Source of the DNA: Bigelowiella natans CCMP2755
Lineage: Eukaryota; Protista; Cercozoa
DNA: 64,000 nt
Direction: 5' to 3'
Assembly: GCA_000320545.1 (NCBI GenBank)
Contig: ADNK01003488.1
Span: forward strand, 1 to 64,000
Of this stretch, positions 25,476 through 38,700 are shown piece by piece (positions within the stretch are counted from its first letter, which is position 1; the number at the start of each line of letters is the position of its first letter). The notes under the pieces were generated by a model, which saw nothing but the letters and a program-made list of their open reading frames with translations, ran no database searches and had not been told where the DNA came from. The translations under genes were made by a program, and so were the position numbers.

Positions 25476-28400
25476 TCATGCGTCATCCTCATAATCCAAC
25501 CCATAAAAAAGAGATTTGGTATTGAACGGCCGATACATATGCCCTCCCTTGGAAATTCCATCTGAAAGCAAAAGTTTAGTTGGGTCCGCATGCCTGCTAT
25601 AATTTCTCAGCAATTGAGTTCGTCTGTGATCTGTAATTCCAACGACCAGTTCTGGAAGTTCATACAAACTAAGAACTGGTAAGAATGTCAGTACAACTTG
25701 ACGGAATTTCTTTTTTACGTACTCATTCGAAGCGCCTGTTTTCAATTTTTTGGTCTTTCGGTTGGGAATACTTTTAAGTTCTGCATTCCATTTCTCAGCT
25801 AATACTTGCAATGCATCAGGCATGTCCACTATTTTGAGGAGTAGGCGCATTGTAGTGTCCTGTGAGTACATGTACTCTAATGGCTGGTGAGGGGCGAGAA
25901 TGCGATCAGCTGCGAGCTCATAATACAATTGCATCACTTTCAATGCTAGGCTCATCACGATGATATTTCTAGGAAGCCTTGGAAGCAGATCTGTACGATG
26001 AGGATTTTTGGGTAAATTTCGAGTTGGAATAATTCTTACTTTCATGACTGGAGATACTACGTGACCAAATATACTCCTTACGAGCTTCGTTAGCCCAGTT
26101 CTTTTTGCACGAATTTCTTCTTGCTTTATTTTCTCCATCGAGAAAAACGTACCCCCATGAACTTTGAGCTCTCTGACCTCTTTCCTAGTGCAACCTGCTG
26201 CTGCTTCAACATCCAACACCGCAAAGCCGCATGCAAGGTCATAACAGTCTTCGGCATCTACATACTCATCGGTCTCTTCATTGGAGTTTCTGCTGCTTTG
26301 AATCAACTTCACTGTTGGTCTCCTAGATATTGAAGAAACCCTCTTTTTTTTTCCACCTTGTGTTTTCAGTGAATCTCCGTTTCGAGACCGCCTCCCCCCT
26401 CCTCCTTTCGAGTTATCGCTGCTGCTCCAGCGAGGCGTTCTAGCATAATGCCCTGGTAGTGGTCGGACAAGAACGGAAAGCTCAATCAGAAGAGTAGCAT
26501 GTGGTCGTGTTGTCCTTACAACGAAAGAATTCCAGTGGTTTGGCTTATGTGAGCCACCACCACCACCACCACCTTTAGGATCTAGTCTCCACACATCCTC
26601 TTCCCTTTCACTCCATTTTACTTTAGAAATATGTACATTTGAAATAGGTTCGTTGTCATCAAGAATGCACACGCGAACACGTCTGGCAGCAATACGTCTT
26701 CTTGCCCTTTGGTTAGCTGGTATTGGTATACCAGCTGCTTGCAGTAATTCTACCATGACTGTCTTCGTTTCCATCTTTTCCATAGCCGCTGCTGCTTTTC
26801 TATGCTGTCGTTGCTGCTGCTGTGGCTTAGGCGCCACTGTTGCGTATGGAAGAGGTGACTTCTGTAACATAGCCCGCTCTTCACCGCCTTTTGTAGAAGA
26901 AGGCTCTAAAGCAAAATCCTTCCAACAGAACCCACTCGGTTCATATTGGGGATGTATCCTATAAGACAACTTATTCTGCAACCGTTTATCGTAGCGTTTG
27001 AGCGCACTCAATCGATATGTTGTTGGCATGCCTTCAATATTAAAAAGGTAAGAAACAGGGGATGGCAGAACAGAAGACATAAGACGCCTTAAAATTAAGT
27101 TTCCAAGCCGAGTGCCATTAGTAATCATCCCCATAAACTCTTCAACGTCAACTTGACCGTTCGAATCCTTATCCGCCACACGGAATATACCTCTTGCAGT
27201 ACGTGGATCAACCCCTAGTTCCACCAGGCCTTCTTCAAACTCAGAGGTAGTGAAGTAGCCCTTTGCCCCAGTGTAGGATGAAATTACAGCTTTGATGGTT
27301 TCAACTTCCAGATCTTTCTTCATGTGATCTGATATCATCTGATTTGCATACTGTGCAAATTCCTTGAATCCTAATTCTCCATTTCCATCTTTATCTGCTT
27401 GGGCAAAGAGCTCTTCAATGGATCCATCGGATGGATCAAGGCCCATAGCACGAGTAGCAACCTTAAACTCCTCCAACCCCAAAGTCCTGTTCCCATTATC
27501 ATCATATCTATCTAAAATTGCTTCAAAGGCTATCTGCATGTCAGCCATTTCAGCCCGCTCTAGCTCCTGATACAATCCAGATTCCCCAAATATAGAAGAT
27601 CTATTACCTTTTCTTCCAAACGATGATTTTATTGAGGAGGACGGATGAGGAAAGGCTGGTGTGTCTTGAGAAAAATTATGCTTCATCTCACGTTGCGAAT
27701 AACGATGATTGGAGACGTTGTCTTGATGTTTTTCGTCGTCGAAACTATCAGTCATCTTCTTTGTTTCCAATTTGTGGTCACTGTTATGGGGTTGCTGGTT
27801 ATTAAAATTGACTCTGTCCCCATGCTGAATCTGATTTTCAGAATGTTGTTTTATATCGTCTTCATCACTCTTATATCTACCTACTTGATCATCGTGATTC
27901 TCATTATCTGACTTGTTTTCAGGAGGAGAACTGTTTTGATGGTAATTTTGTTCCTGCTGCTCTGCTTGGCCAAGATACGCAAGGACTCGTTCATAACTCG
28001 GTTGCACCTCCAATACATTAGGATCTGGATTTGTGATTAAATCAACAAATTCCTCTAATTGCCGCATATTTTCCTCTGAAACTTCATATCCACGGGACGC
28101 CAATTCGGTTTGAAAAGCAGCATAATTCCGAGTGTGGTACATTTTGTAGAGCATCACGAAAGTTCTATATTGTTCAAATGATAGGCGAACTCCGCCAGAA
28201 TCTCCGTACAGTAAGAATTGGTTCTTACTACTACTACTACTACTACCTTGGTCTAAGTTATTAGCTTCCTCATGCTTAAGCCACTCACAAAACATGTCTA
28301 TGAATGTATCATTATAGTCGTGATGGTATCCGTAGCCGAGTTCTCTTAAGGCGTCAAGTACCTCATCGTTATCTATCACTCCATTTCCATCGACATCGTA

Positions 28401-31400
28401 TTGATTGAATTGTTGGCACAGTATCCTTTCCTCCTCAGGATCAAGATCATCTACTGCCAAGTTGGAAGATGAAGTGTTGGCGGAGTTATTGTCCAACTCC
28501 ACTGCCCCATCATCGCCCCCATTCTTGTGCTCTTTTCTTGTGGCTTGCTGCTGCGTACTTTTCACCTCACTACCATCAACTAATTTTTGGTCGTGGTCGT
28601 TGTCGCGTATATTTTGTTGTCCTTGGATGATAGCAGTAGTAGCGTTTGTTTGAGACGGTGTCCCTTCTTCTTCTTGTTGATATTTTTGTTGTTGTCCTTG
28701 TTGTTCTACTAGTACATTGTTGTCTCCTCCTCCTCCTCCTCCTCCTCCTCCTCCTCCTTTTTGTTCTTGTTCTTGTTCTTCTCCGAAGCTCCTTCTGGTT
28801 TCCATCATAACAGAGGTTGAACCACCATCTAAGAACCCACGTTGGCGATTTGTTGTTAATATACTTGGTCGTTTCTCTGCTGGGTCCTGCATGAACTCCA
28901 TTGTTCCTGCTTCTTCCAAGATGGTGCCCCCATTGCCGATTAACTCATGATCGTTGCCAGCATCATAATCGTCCTCCTTACTACTTTGTCGTTCTTTCCC
29001 CTCCTTATTATGTGATTGTTTCTGATTATCGTCACTATTATTATTATTATTAGTAGTAGTAGTAGTAGTAGCATTGGGTTGACTGAGTGATGATGCCGAT
29101 CCTGTCACCATAGGCAAGAAGAATCCCTTAGCTGCTCCTGCTGCGACACTGCTGCCTCCTTGGTTACTTATTGGTTTTCTTTCGTTTTTATTCTTGCGTT
29201 GAATTTTGCCTTCATCATCTTTCGGTCTTAATTTTTGATGTTTTTTCTTTTTTTCATCATCTTTTTCTTCGTCAACCTGATCATCATCACCTTCAAGATG
29301 AACTATCTGAATTTCATCATCTACTTGATTATTAGTAGTATCATCATTTTGTTCTGCGATCATATTTTCTTGATCCGCTTTCAAGGCACTAGCACCGCTG
29401 TTCTCTGGGCCACACTCTTCTCCTCTTATAATTTGGTCCTCTTTTCTGATATTAGTTGCTTCAATATTGGTTTTAAGAGTAGACTTCCTTTCGGCACGCT
29501 GGACCCCACTAGGTATAAAAAACTGGTGCTTATTTCCTTCATCTTTATGCTCATTTCCTGCATCTTGAACATCTTCAACGATTAGCCCTTTATTGACCAC
29601 TGAAACACCATCTTCCTTTTGTATTGTGCTCGTTGGCGCACTACTAGTTGTTCGACTGTTTTTATCCATCTTATCTATATCGTTGTTCCCAACTTGATGA
29701 TGATGAGAAGGGGGAGGACTAGAAGATAGCTGTTCTACAGTGTTATCTTGAGTAGTCTGGGCGTGGTCAAAGTCTTTGATTTCTGTTAAAGATTGGTTAG
29801 TGCGAATGTGATGAAAAGGATGATTACTTCAAGAGGAAACGTTTTGATCATACATGATGATGAGATGATTGTATAAGCTAAAGTTGTTACCAGCTTTGCC
29901 GACAATGTCCTCTTCAGCAACTTTGTCAATAGCATCGTCTTCTTTTTCTTCAACAGTATCAATAGTCCCGATTCTTAGATCACGATCCAATGATGGTGGA
30001 TTATCTTGATTCCATCCCTCGCCTTTAATCGTATCTGATTGATGTTCTCCTTTATTATCCTCATAGATAACGCCTTCTTCATGTTTAGTGCCGATCGTTT
30101 TTGTTTTCCCTTCTTCCTTAATATTCAAAATCTGAAACACAAAAGAGAGTTGAGTTTGGCTAATAAATTTGATAGAAATATTGATTGTGTAGTGAATGAT
30201 TGCCTTGTCGACATCTGGCTGTTTCTGATCATCGTCGGGGGTTTCCTTGGGATTTGGTTTATGTCTTCTCGCGTCCCCCTTCATCGATTCAGACTCTGGG
30301 TCTTCTGCTCTTACCTTTTTCTCTGCAACAATTTTACCTTCTTTTTGGTCCTAAAATTAAAAATGGATCGAGTTGAAAATCATTTTATATTCAAGAATGC
30401 GGACTAAATTATCACCTTATCCTTGTTTCTAGATCTTCCAAAAAATGAAAAGAACACACTCCTACACATTCATGCAATATTAAACAAATAATTCTTCATA
30501 CTTAGCTGGGGCTGGGCAATTTACACATATTAACGTTAAAATTACTGTCTCTTCGATTTCGAAAATATTTCTGAAATCTTCACCGCCAATATCCTGTTAA
30601 AAAGCTACACAATCATATCATGTTTTCCCAACACCATAAAATCTGATTTTACTTTTTCCTTTTGAGAGCTAAAGTATCAATTTTATGCACCAGAGTCAAC
30701 ACCCTGATAACCACCCATTGCATATGAACAAAAGGAAAAAAGAATTCACCGCCTTTGTAAATTTTACCTATCAAAGTCATCGTTTTTGACAGCTTCCTCC
30801 TTTTTTCCATGTAACTCGCCCATCTAAAGTTCAGCTTAGTATAAATAAGTCCGTTTGATTTCAGGGGTGAATAATTTTAACCTCGAAGTCGAATTTGTAT
30901 TTATCCCCGATCCTGGTTTCAGCCCTTTCACGTAGTAGCAATACCAAGAAATAACACGCTTAGTGTATTTCAAGCTATAAACACAAGCAATAATTTATTT
31001 GTTGATTAATTTCTACTTCGAGATTTTTTCCTTGAGTGCCCTAGCTTCTTTGTACCTCATTTGGTCCTTTGCCTAAGTTAAACACGACAGCTGCCTGTGA
31101 AAACAGAGTACTTGCAATTCCAAATAATACATAAACCGTAAGGAGGAACGGTCATCCTCTACGATAACAAAACTATACTTGCTAAGTTACCATGCTCATC
31201 TCTTCTTTCGCGTTTGCTAGAACCAAATCTGCCTCTTTTTCCCAAGCCAATCCCTCTGAATCATTCCATCTTTCGACTTTATATTCTTCTTTAATTTCTT
31301 CCTTTTTGTCCACGGTTTTTGACGTAGAAATTGGTGTTAATGGGGCCTTGGCCATCGATGGCATACAAGCCTGTAATAATGAGTTGCAATGAAGTCATGC

Positions 31401-31473
31401 GGTCCTGGAAAATTACAAGAGTTTGTTGTACCTCCTGAATTAATCTTTCGTTATCCTTCCATACGCTCCCCAT
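25476..31473 (-). CDS. NPHP1: Nephrocystin-1-like ciliary transition-zone protein with EF-hands; 5' end uncertain (~31473-31650)
   Basis: The C-terminal ~520 aa follow the NPHP1 C-domain motifs: MPTTYRLSAL, HPQYEPSGFCWKD, RRVRVCILDDNEPISNVH, LLIELS, DLACGF, ELKVHGGT, PDALQVLAEKW and YRPFN. EF-hand loops are DVDGNGVIDNDE, DDNGNRTLGLEE, DKDGNGELGFKE and DKDSNGQVDVEE. The long exon extends to an acceptor near 29783, and short upstream exons lie at 29890-31470. Confidence 0.8.
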
Positions 31474-31495
31474 TCTGAGGAATCCATTATTACAA

Positions 31496-31541
<46 letters not shown>

Positions 31542-32279
31542 ATTCACGTTTTACCCAATTTCCAACTCGTCGGGAGGTTGTAAGAAAGGTGCGAACATCT
31601 TTGCTTTACAGTCTTTACACAGGTCACTGATCAGAGTCTAGTCGTTGTAACATCATCGTCATGTTCGTAGTCTTTTTCTTCTTCTTCTTTTTGTTCTACG
31701 CCGTTCTAATTGTCCAGGTACTCCCCCTCCTTCCTGGTTGTTCTTGTTTGTGATGATTGTGGAAGATGAGTAGTGGCAGTAGTAGTAGTTGTAGTTGTAA
31801 GTAGGTGGTTGATGTATGTAACGATGTGATTTCAAACCTGGAGCACATGTGAGTAAAAAAGAAGAACAACGAACGACGTTAATCAGTACATCAATCATTA
31901 TTTACATGTCGTCTTAACAATATTGCCTCTCTTGCAATTCGATACACAAATTCCCGACACTGCCCGGGAATTTACTGATCGGGAATTTTGCCTTCTGGTC
32001 GCTCTTCTGCTTCCGTCTCTTGCAGGAGTCGCAGAGAGAGCTAGAGGGGGGTATCATCGGTAGTAGGTGGAGGGAGGGAGGGAGGGAGGGAGGGAGGGAG
32101 GGAGAGAGAGAGGGATTGATGATGACGACGATACTTATGATGATAATAGTGATGGTGATAATAATGAGCACTACGATAACAGACACGATGTCGTTGAGCC
32201 TGCTGCCATATATGCTCACCCTACCCCTCTTGGCTCAATTCCCCAGGTCTTCCATGCTCATAGTTGCTAGGAGACAAGA

Positions 32280-33723
32280 ATGAAACAGATCACTAAATCA
32301 AAAATTTTGATACGAACTGGTTGTTGTTGTTGTTGTTGTTGTTCTTGTTGAGGTGTACAATAGCAGCTGGGATCTCGACATATGCTGTGGAGGTGCTTCC
32401 TGAAATTCACCATCCAGGTGGACTATTCCTTCGAAAAAGAACACAATATTACAAATCCCGCTACAACGTTCTGCCGATAACAAGTCGAACACGTTCTCCT
32501 CGTGAAAAATTGAAGGCTCGCTGTAGTTCCATTGATTCAGGTCGTACTGTAGTTCCTGGTTTGCACTTAATTGATGATGATGATGATGATACTGATGATG
32601 ATTATAATTATAATTATGACGATGATGATAATGATGATGATGATGACGACGATGGCGACGAAGCTCCTAAAAAACGCCGTTATTCTTCGTTATTCTAATA
32701 AATAAAGCTTGTAACTATTAGGAATTGAATCCCTTCTTCCGAGAGACTCCGGTATGAAATTCTTTATTTACATTCTCTCGCGTCCTGATGCTGCTATTGC
32801 TGAAATTGACAGTAAAGAAAGATGCCATTCTAGCTGTACCACGTTCACATTGTTTCAATGTAATCACTAACTTCGAAGGTTTGTCAAATTTTCAACACTT
32901 TCCCTTACATCTCCAATCGTAGTTGTGTTGTGTATGGGAGTGGGGCATGGGTGGGTGGGAGGAGCACCTGTCGGTGAGCTTTTGTATGACGTTGTTGTCG
33001 TTGTTGTTGTTGTTGTTGTTGGTCCTGGAACGTATACAATGCTCCTTACCTTCCATGCAACAATCTCTCGTCGTCGTCAATTCTCATTAACTAATTATAA
33101 ATATACCACCATCTTCTGCTGCCTCTATGCCTTTGGATGTGTATTCCTTACATTGTATCTTGTTACCTCCAAATTATGGAATGATTTTTTTAAAGAGTGT
33201 GTGCATGATTTCTTATTATCAAAGTTGAATTGTTTGACTAATGATCCAAACAATATTATATTTCATAACCCAGAATATCCTAAGTGGACTGGCGCTGTAA
33301 GTAAAGCAACTATATTGGAGTACGACGACTTGGTATGATGTGCATTTTTTGTTAGTCAGATAGTAAGAGGATTTTGAAATCTTTTTCTATTCTTCAGGGT
33401 CGTGGGAAAGTTGTGGCCTACGAAGCTGGGGCATTTGGTCTTACCGCTTCATATACTCTCTCATACACGTAAGTTGATAAAAACGCAATACGTGAATCCA
33501 TAACAATGTTTTTGCTAAGGTACGGAGGACAACATACACTTGCATGGGAATCGATAGCGGGGAGTATTAAAAAGATTGTAGGAGCCTACGATTTAGAGGA
33601 CAAAAATGTATCTGAAAACTAGATAGAATTTTGTTGTCAGGAATAACCTTTTCTATATCCCAGGAAACCACAAAAGTTACTTACACCCTTGGGGTGGATC
33701 TAGGGTATAAAAGACACTCTCCT

Positions 33724-33760
<37 letters not shown>

Positions 33761-33765
33761 TCTCG

Positions 33766-33833
<68 letters not shown>

Positions 33834-33893
33834 CATAATTTGTATTGCGTGTAGTGCAGATTAAAACACACAATCACACACACACACACACAC

Positions 33894-33938
<45 letters not shown>

Positions 33939-34033
33939 ACAAAGGCTTAGTAAGCAGTTGAGTAAGATGAATATGGTTCAGTAATATGTCGAGTAAAGTG
34001 TACAAGCAATATTTGCATAACAAATATATATAT

Positions 34034-34071
<38 letters not shown>

Positions 34072-34618
34072 CATTTGTATATGTATAGTGCATATATTAT
34101 AATTATAACATGAATTTCAAAAACAATGTAACTGATATGTGCACCCCAGGTTTTATCTTCCTTCGTATTTAAAGCGGTCTGTCACAAAATTGATAATATC
34201 TGTGGCACTTGGAGAGCTACGTCGGTTCTCGGAAAATACACTGGGGGAGTTCACTGTGAAGAATGCTGAAGCAATGAAAGAAGTGAAACATGATGACGAT
34301 CCTGAGAACGAAATGGACGCTGACTGCAATTTGGCGACATACAAACGTTACTCGGAGACTGAAGAGGCTAAGCATGATGGAGTGCCGATGGAGGAAAGTG
34401 TTGTGAAGATTTCATCTGACACAAGTGACAATCTGGCGGACGCAAGCTGTCCCAAAATACCCATAGTCGAAAAATCAGATGTAGAACCGAAAGAGCCGAT
34501 TCAAAAGCCCGAATCTAGACACGATGAAAGGATCCATCGAGTTCGCAAACGGGACAGGGTGCGAACTTGGATACGAGGTGTGCGGCAACGATTTTCAATC
34601 CGCAGGACTGGCAGTTAG
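32280..34618 (+). CDS. SRPBCC / polyketide-cyclase (START-like) domain protein; start tentative
   Basis: Spliced reading: VKKDAILAVPRSHCFNVITNFE|EYPKWTGAVSKATILEYDDL|GRGKVVAYEAGAFGLTASYTLSYT|YGGQHTLAWESIAGSIKKIVGAYDLEDKN|ETTKVTYTLGVDLG|FYLPSYLKRSVTKLIISVALGELRRFSE. All junctions are GT-AG and in frame. Confidence 0.75.
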
Positions 34619-34619
34619 A

Positions 34620-35394
34620 GTTGATTGCGACGCATGTTTCTCAATGTGCATCATGACGATGTTGGTGGTGATGTCTCGATGACAATTCAAAGGGTGGTAC
34701 AACTGTGAGATGCCAGATCATGGAAATGAAGATGCTGCGGTGTGGAACACGCTAGCCAAGTGCAATGCAGAGCAACAATGCTGCAGGCGAATCAGTCTAG
34801 TCATTCATTGATGCGCATGCACGGCTGAGCAGTGTTTGCATGCTTGGCATGTGGCTAGCTAGAAGCAGTGCTGAAATCTTCATGCGTCTGCAATTGCTGG
34901 ATTGCGTGGAAGTGACAAACCGCCGCGCATGAAGCTCTGAGCTCAACGTCTGTGAATTGCAGTCGTCAGGTGTGAACCTCCCGCATGAGCCATTCCCTCA
35001 CCATTTTGGTGTTGGAATTGCTTCGTTCACTTGCAGGCAACAGACACAACGCGTGTGATGCGTGTGTGGCATGCTCAACAAACTGTGTCCACACGACAGA
35101 CACTGCAACCAGACTGGCACACAAGGCAACGTGGCTGTTTGTTTCGCACGCTGGCACGTGCGGCCACGTGTGCATTTCAACGCCAGGACGTGGCTGTGCC
35201 TGGCAGTCGTTCACTTTTTCACTCATCAACCAATCACACAGCTAGACAGACAGTTGCGCGAAATTCCTGCATTTCGATGCTTGTGAAGTGCGAATGTGCC
35301 TGCTTCATTCACACGTTAGAAGAGAAGGGCAATGAGAAGAGGAGGAGGAGGAAGAGGAGGGGGAGGAGGAGGAGTGGGAAGAACAAAAAATGTT
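34620..35394. other. TA-erased island 3, left part (continues at 41111-41340 after the retrotransposon)
   Basis: About 770 bp with 5 CTAG and only 2 other TA (GTAC ~34698, TTAG ~35317). It starts immediately after the stop codon at 34618. Confidence 0.88.
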
Positions 35395-35720
35395 TGTAGC
35401 GCGTACCACTACGCGGGCACAAGTCACGTGCGACAACAAAGGGGTTGTCGCGGATATAGAATATAGATAACGTAGATATTAATACAGCATAGGCACGTGG
35501 GTTCCGGCGGGACTCATGGCAGCACACCGGAAGTGTGCTGCCCCACGTGCGGCGGCATTCGCGAAAGCTTCGCGAATGATTACGCAGTGCACGATTTAAT
35601 AAAAATATAATCTTTAATAAAAATAAACACAACTCTTCAAAAGGAAGCAAACGTGCCTTTCCCCCCCCCTGCCTACTTGTGCACGTAGCGCCTCGGCCTG
35701 TGAACACCTTACGCGCAACA
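35395..35720 (+). repeat. 5' LTR
   Basis: TGTAGCGCGTA...TACGCGCAACA (10/11 terminal inverted repeat). Identical by eye to 40785-41110. Confidence 0.97.
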
Positions 35721-35725
35721 ACCTT

Positions 35726-35743
35726 TGGCTTCCACACACGGGA
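35726..35743 (+). promoter_or_regulatory. Primer-binding site
   Basis: TGGCTTCCACACACGGGA lies 5 nt after the LTR and is complementary to a tRNA-like 3' end (...TGTGGAAG-CCA, Glu/Asp-like). The tRNA identity is not verified. Confidence 0.7.
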
Positions 35744-35759
35744 AACGATTTGACTAACA

Positions 35760-38700
35760 ATGTCACAGCAGCTAGAAGAACAGCAGGACTTTGGCTCGCA
35801 GGCCGTGCAAGGGCACGAGCAGAAACAGGAAAGGAAGGGCGATACGGACGCTAAGGAAGGAGGAGGAACACCTCCACAGGCACCGCCGGGACCAGCACCC
35901 GGGATTAAGAAAGCAGATGCAGCAGCAGAGGCACTGGAGAACTTCTACGAGGCGGACGACGAGGACGTGGCCGCCGAAAGCAAGAAGGTCGTAATGGCAT
36001 TACGAGCCTTGCGACCCAGGGCGAGCAACTACGCCAAACTGAAAGTATCGATAGAATACAAGTATCAGACACATGATGTTTGGGCAGCTATCATGCAGGA
36101 CATCATGGATTACGAAGCAGACTTACCTCCAGAGTGGGCAGCTTTGTTTAGGAACGACGGGGGTCTGGGCGCCTCGCGGGGGACGACCCAGAGCACCGTC
36201 AAGCAGCAGCAGCCGGTACAGCGGAACACCCAGTTCATGTCTGTTAAAACAGCACCGGTTATGATAACGAAATACAACGGGAAAAGAGGTGAGGCAAGGA
36301 GGTGGTGGAAGAACGCTAGGAGTATACTCTGCGACTTTACCCCTAACCCCACCGAAAACGACAAGCTCAAATGGCTAGCTATAATAAAGCAAGCCATGGA
36401 CCTTTACGAGACAGGCAGGACCCGGATCAGGCAGCTAGAGAAAATACACACTACAGTTAGTGGGCTACGAGACGTTGAGGCGATAATGAAGGCTTTTGTA
36501 AATGAACAGGATGCTAACTCCCTACCCCAGGCTATTAGAAAATACAGAGCAATGATGCAGCATGAGAGAGAACCTGTTAGAGACTTTGCCACGCGCTTCC
36601 AGGATATGATCGACGAACTACATGATTTTAATTACAACACAGGTGATGATCAGGCAAGGTTTGAAGAGTTCAAGTTAAAGATAAAGGAATCCACTTACGT
36701 TACGGAGAAAGGCTACACCACGATGGAGGCAGCAGTGCAGGCTATATCCCTACGCGAGCAGGAGCAGGACCGCAAGTTTACCAGCCCTAAGGTACCTGGC
36801 ATAGGAAACATTAACGCTATTAAGCCGCAGCGAGACTGGTACAAGGACAGGGAAGGTAACCGACGTTGCGGATACTGCTCACGTAAAGGGAAACACACCG
36901 CTAAAGACTGCAGAGACAGGAAAGAAGGACGACCCAGGATGACGATCAGGCAGCTCAACGAACACTACGAGAAGTTAAAGAGAAAGAAAGGCAGAGGACA
37001 AGGATATAACAACAGCAAATGGCAAGGCAGCAACAACGGGAAGAACAATAAATATAAGAACAAAAAGCAGAACAGTATCAATGCTATACAGCAGCAGATA
37101 AACGGAATATTAGATCACCTTAAGCAGGCGCCGACGAAGACAGCAGTACCAGCAACGCAGGACCAAGACAAGCCCATGACCCTAGACGACATAAAGAACT
37201 TAGGAGTATGCAACATTAATGACGAAGACGCTAACAGGACTATCAAAGTTGCTATGACCAAGGTTAAAGTTAAAGACAGCTACGGAGACTACAAGAAACT
37301 ACCTGCCCTTTGGGATAGTGGCAGCATGCCGAAGTCCTTCATAAGCCTAAGCACAGTAAGAAGGTTAGGACTATTGGATCAAGTGACTAAGAAAGAACGT
37401 AAATATGCTCAAGCAGACGGAAGCTCTTCCATGAAGACCGTCGGTGAGCTAATGCTAAAGCTACAGATACCTGGCAGCGACGCGGAGACCCAAATCAAGA
37501 CCCGAGTAGCCATGACTTTATCCATGGAACTACTCCTCGGACAGGATGCCCTAGAAAAATTAGGGGGGATCATATCATTCTACAATCACAAGATATACTT
37601 TGCTAAGTTGCCAAAGAAGTCAGGCAGGACCATCAGCCAGAACATGATACGGCTTGACGAGTGGACCTCTGAGTCAAGCGTTAATGCGTTAGAGTTTATG
37701 GACCTAGCGGACAACAAGCTACCTACACCTACCGAGCTACGGAAGAAGAACCCCGGCAAGACCATCCGACAGATAACGGAGCTACTGGACAAGACCCCCC
37801 CAGCTGATGATTGGGATATCGACAAAGGCAAAAAGTACATTAATAAAATATTAAACGAGAAGTACTCTGACATCACCAAGCCGACGACGAAGCCCTCCAG
37901 CAAGCTTACCCCAGTAAAGATCGAGCTAAAGAAGGGATACGAAGAGTGCATCATCAATGACCCAGAACATAGGCGACCGGAAGCGGACTGGGAAAAGATA
38001 GAGTGGCAGATCAATGAATGGGCAAAGGAAGGGAAGATAGAGCCAAGCAACTCACCATGGAACGTGAGACATGTGCTAGCTAAGAAACCTACTTACCCTT
38101 TCTTCCGCCTGGCGCACAACTTCATCCGCCACAACCGAGTAATAAAGAGGATCCAGACACCTACACCAAGGATAGATGACGTTATTGAACACGTCATAGG
38201 ATACAAATACTACTCTTCCCTAGATAAAAATGAATCATACATGCAGACACCCATCCACAAAACCTCCCGCCCCATTACCGCGTTCTCCAGCAGGCACAGG
38301 AAGTGGCACTTCGTCGTATTCCCTTACGGCCTAAGCATATCAGGGGATGCGTTCAGTAGTCAGAACTACAGGGCATACACACATGATGGGATGGCGTCTG
38401 TGTTGTGGGTGTTTGTGTTTGTGTATGTGGATGATGACATAATATGTACCAACACAGTCGTCGCTCAGATCTTCCTCCTGGAAAATATATTTATTAGGTT
38501 TGCACACTTCGGTTTTACTATTAGACTGCAGAAGTGTACATTCCTAGCTACAAGAATCAAGTGGTGTGGATATTACCTGGAGCAAGGCCGCATCACCCCA
38601 AACCCCGAGAAAGTAGCAGCACTACAGCAAGCCCCTAAACCTAAGAATGCAAAGGAGTTAAAGTCATTCTTGCAGACTGCAGCTTGGATACTACGTAGGT

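Noticed and set aside
32321-32698. ORF with an apparent poly-Leu signal peptide and poly-Asp tail
   Set aside because: Both tracts fall in predicted introns ((GTT)n and (GAT)n) of the SRPBCC gene, and the ORF has no in-frame ATG.
35309-35737. Minus-strand ORFs spanning each LTR (also 40738-41262)
   Set aside because: They start and stop outside the LTR in different flanks and show no protein features. They are duplicated only because the LTR is.
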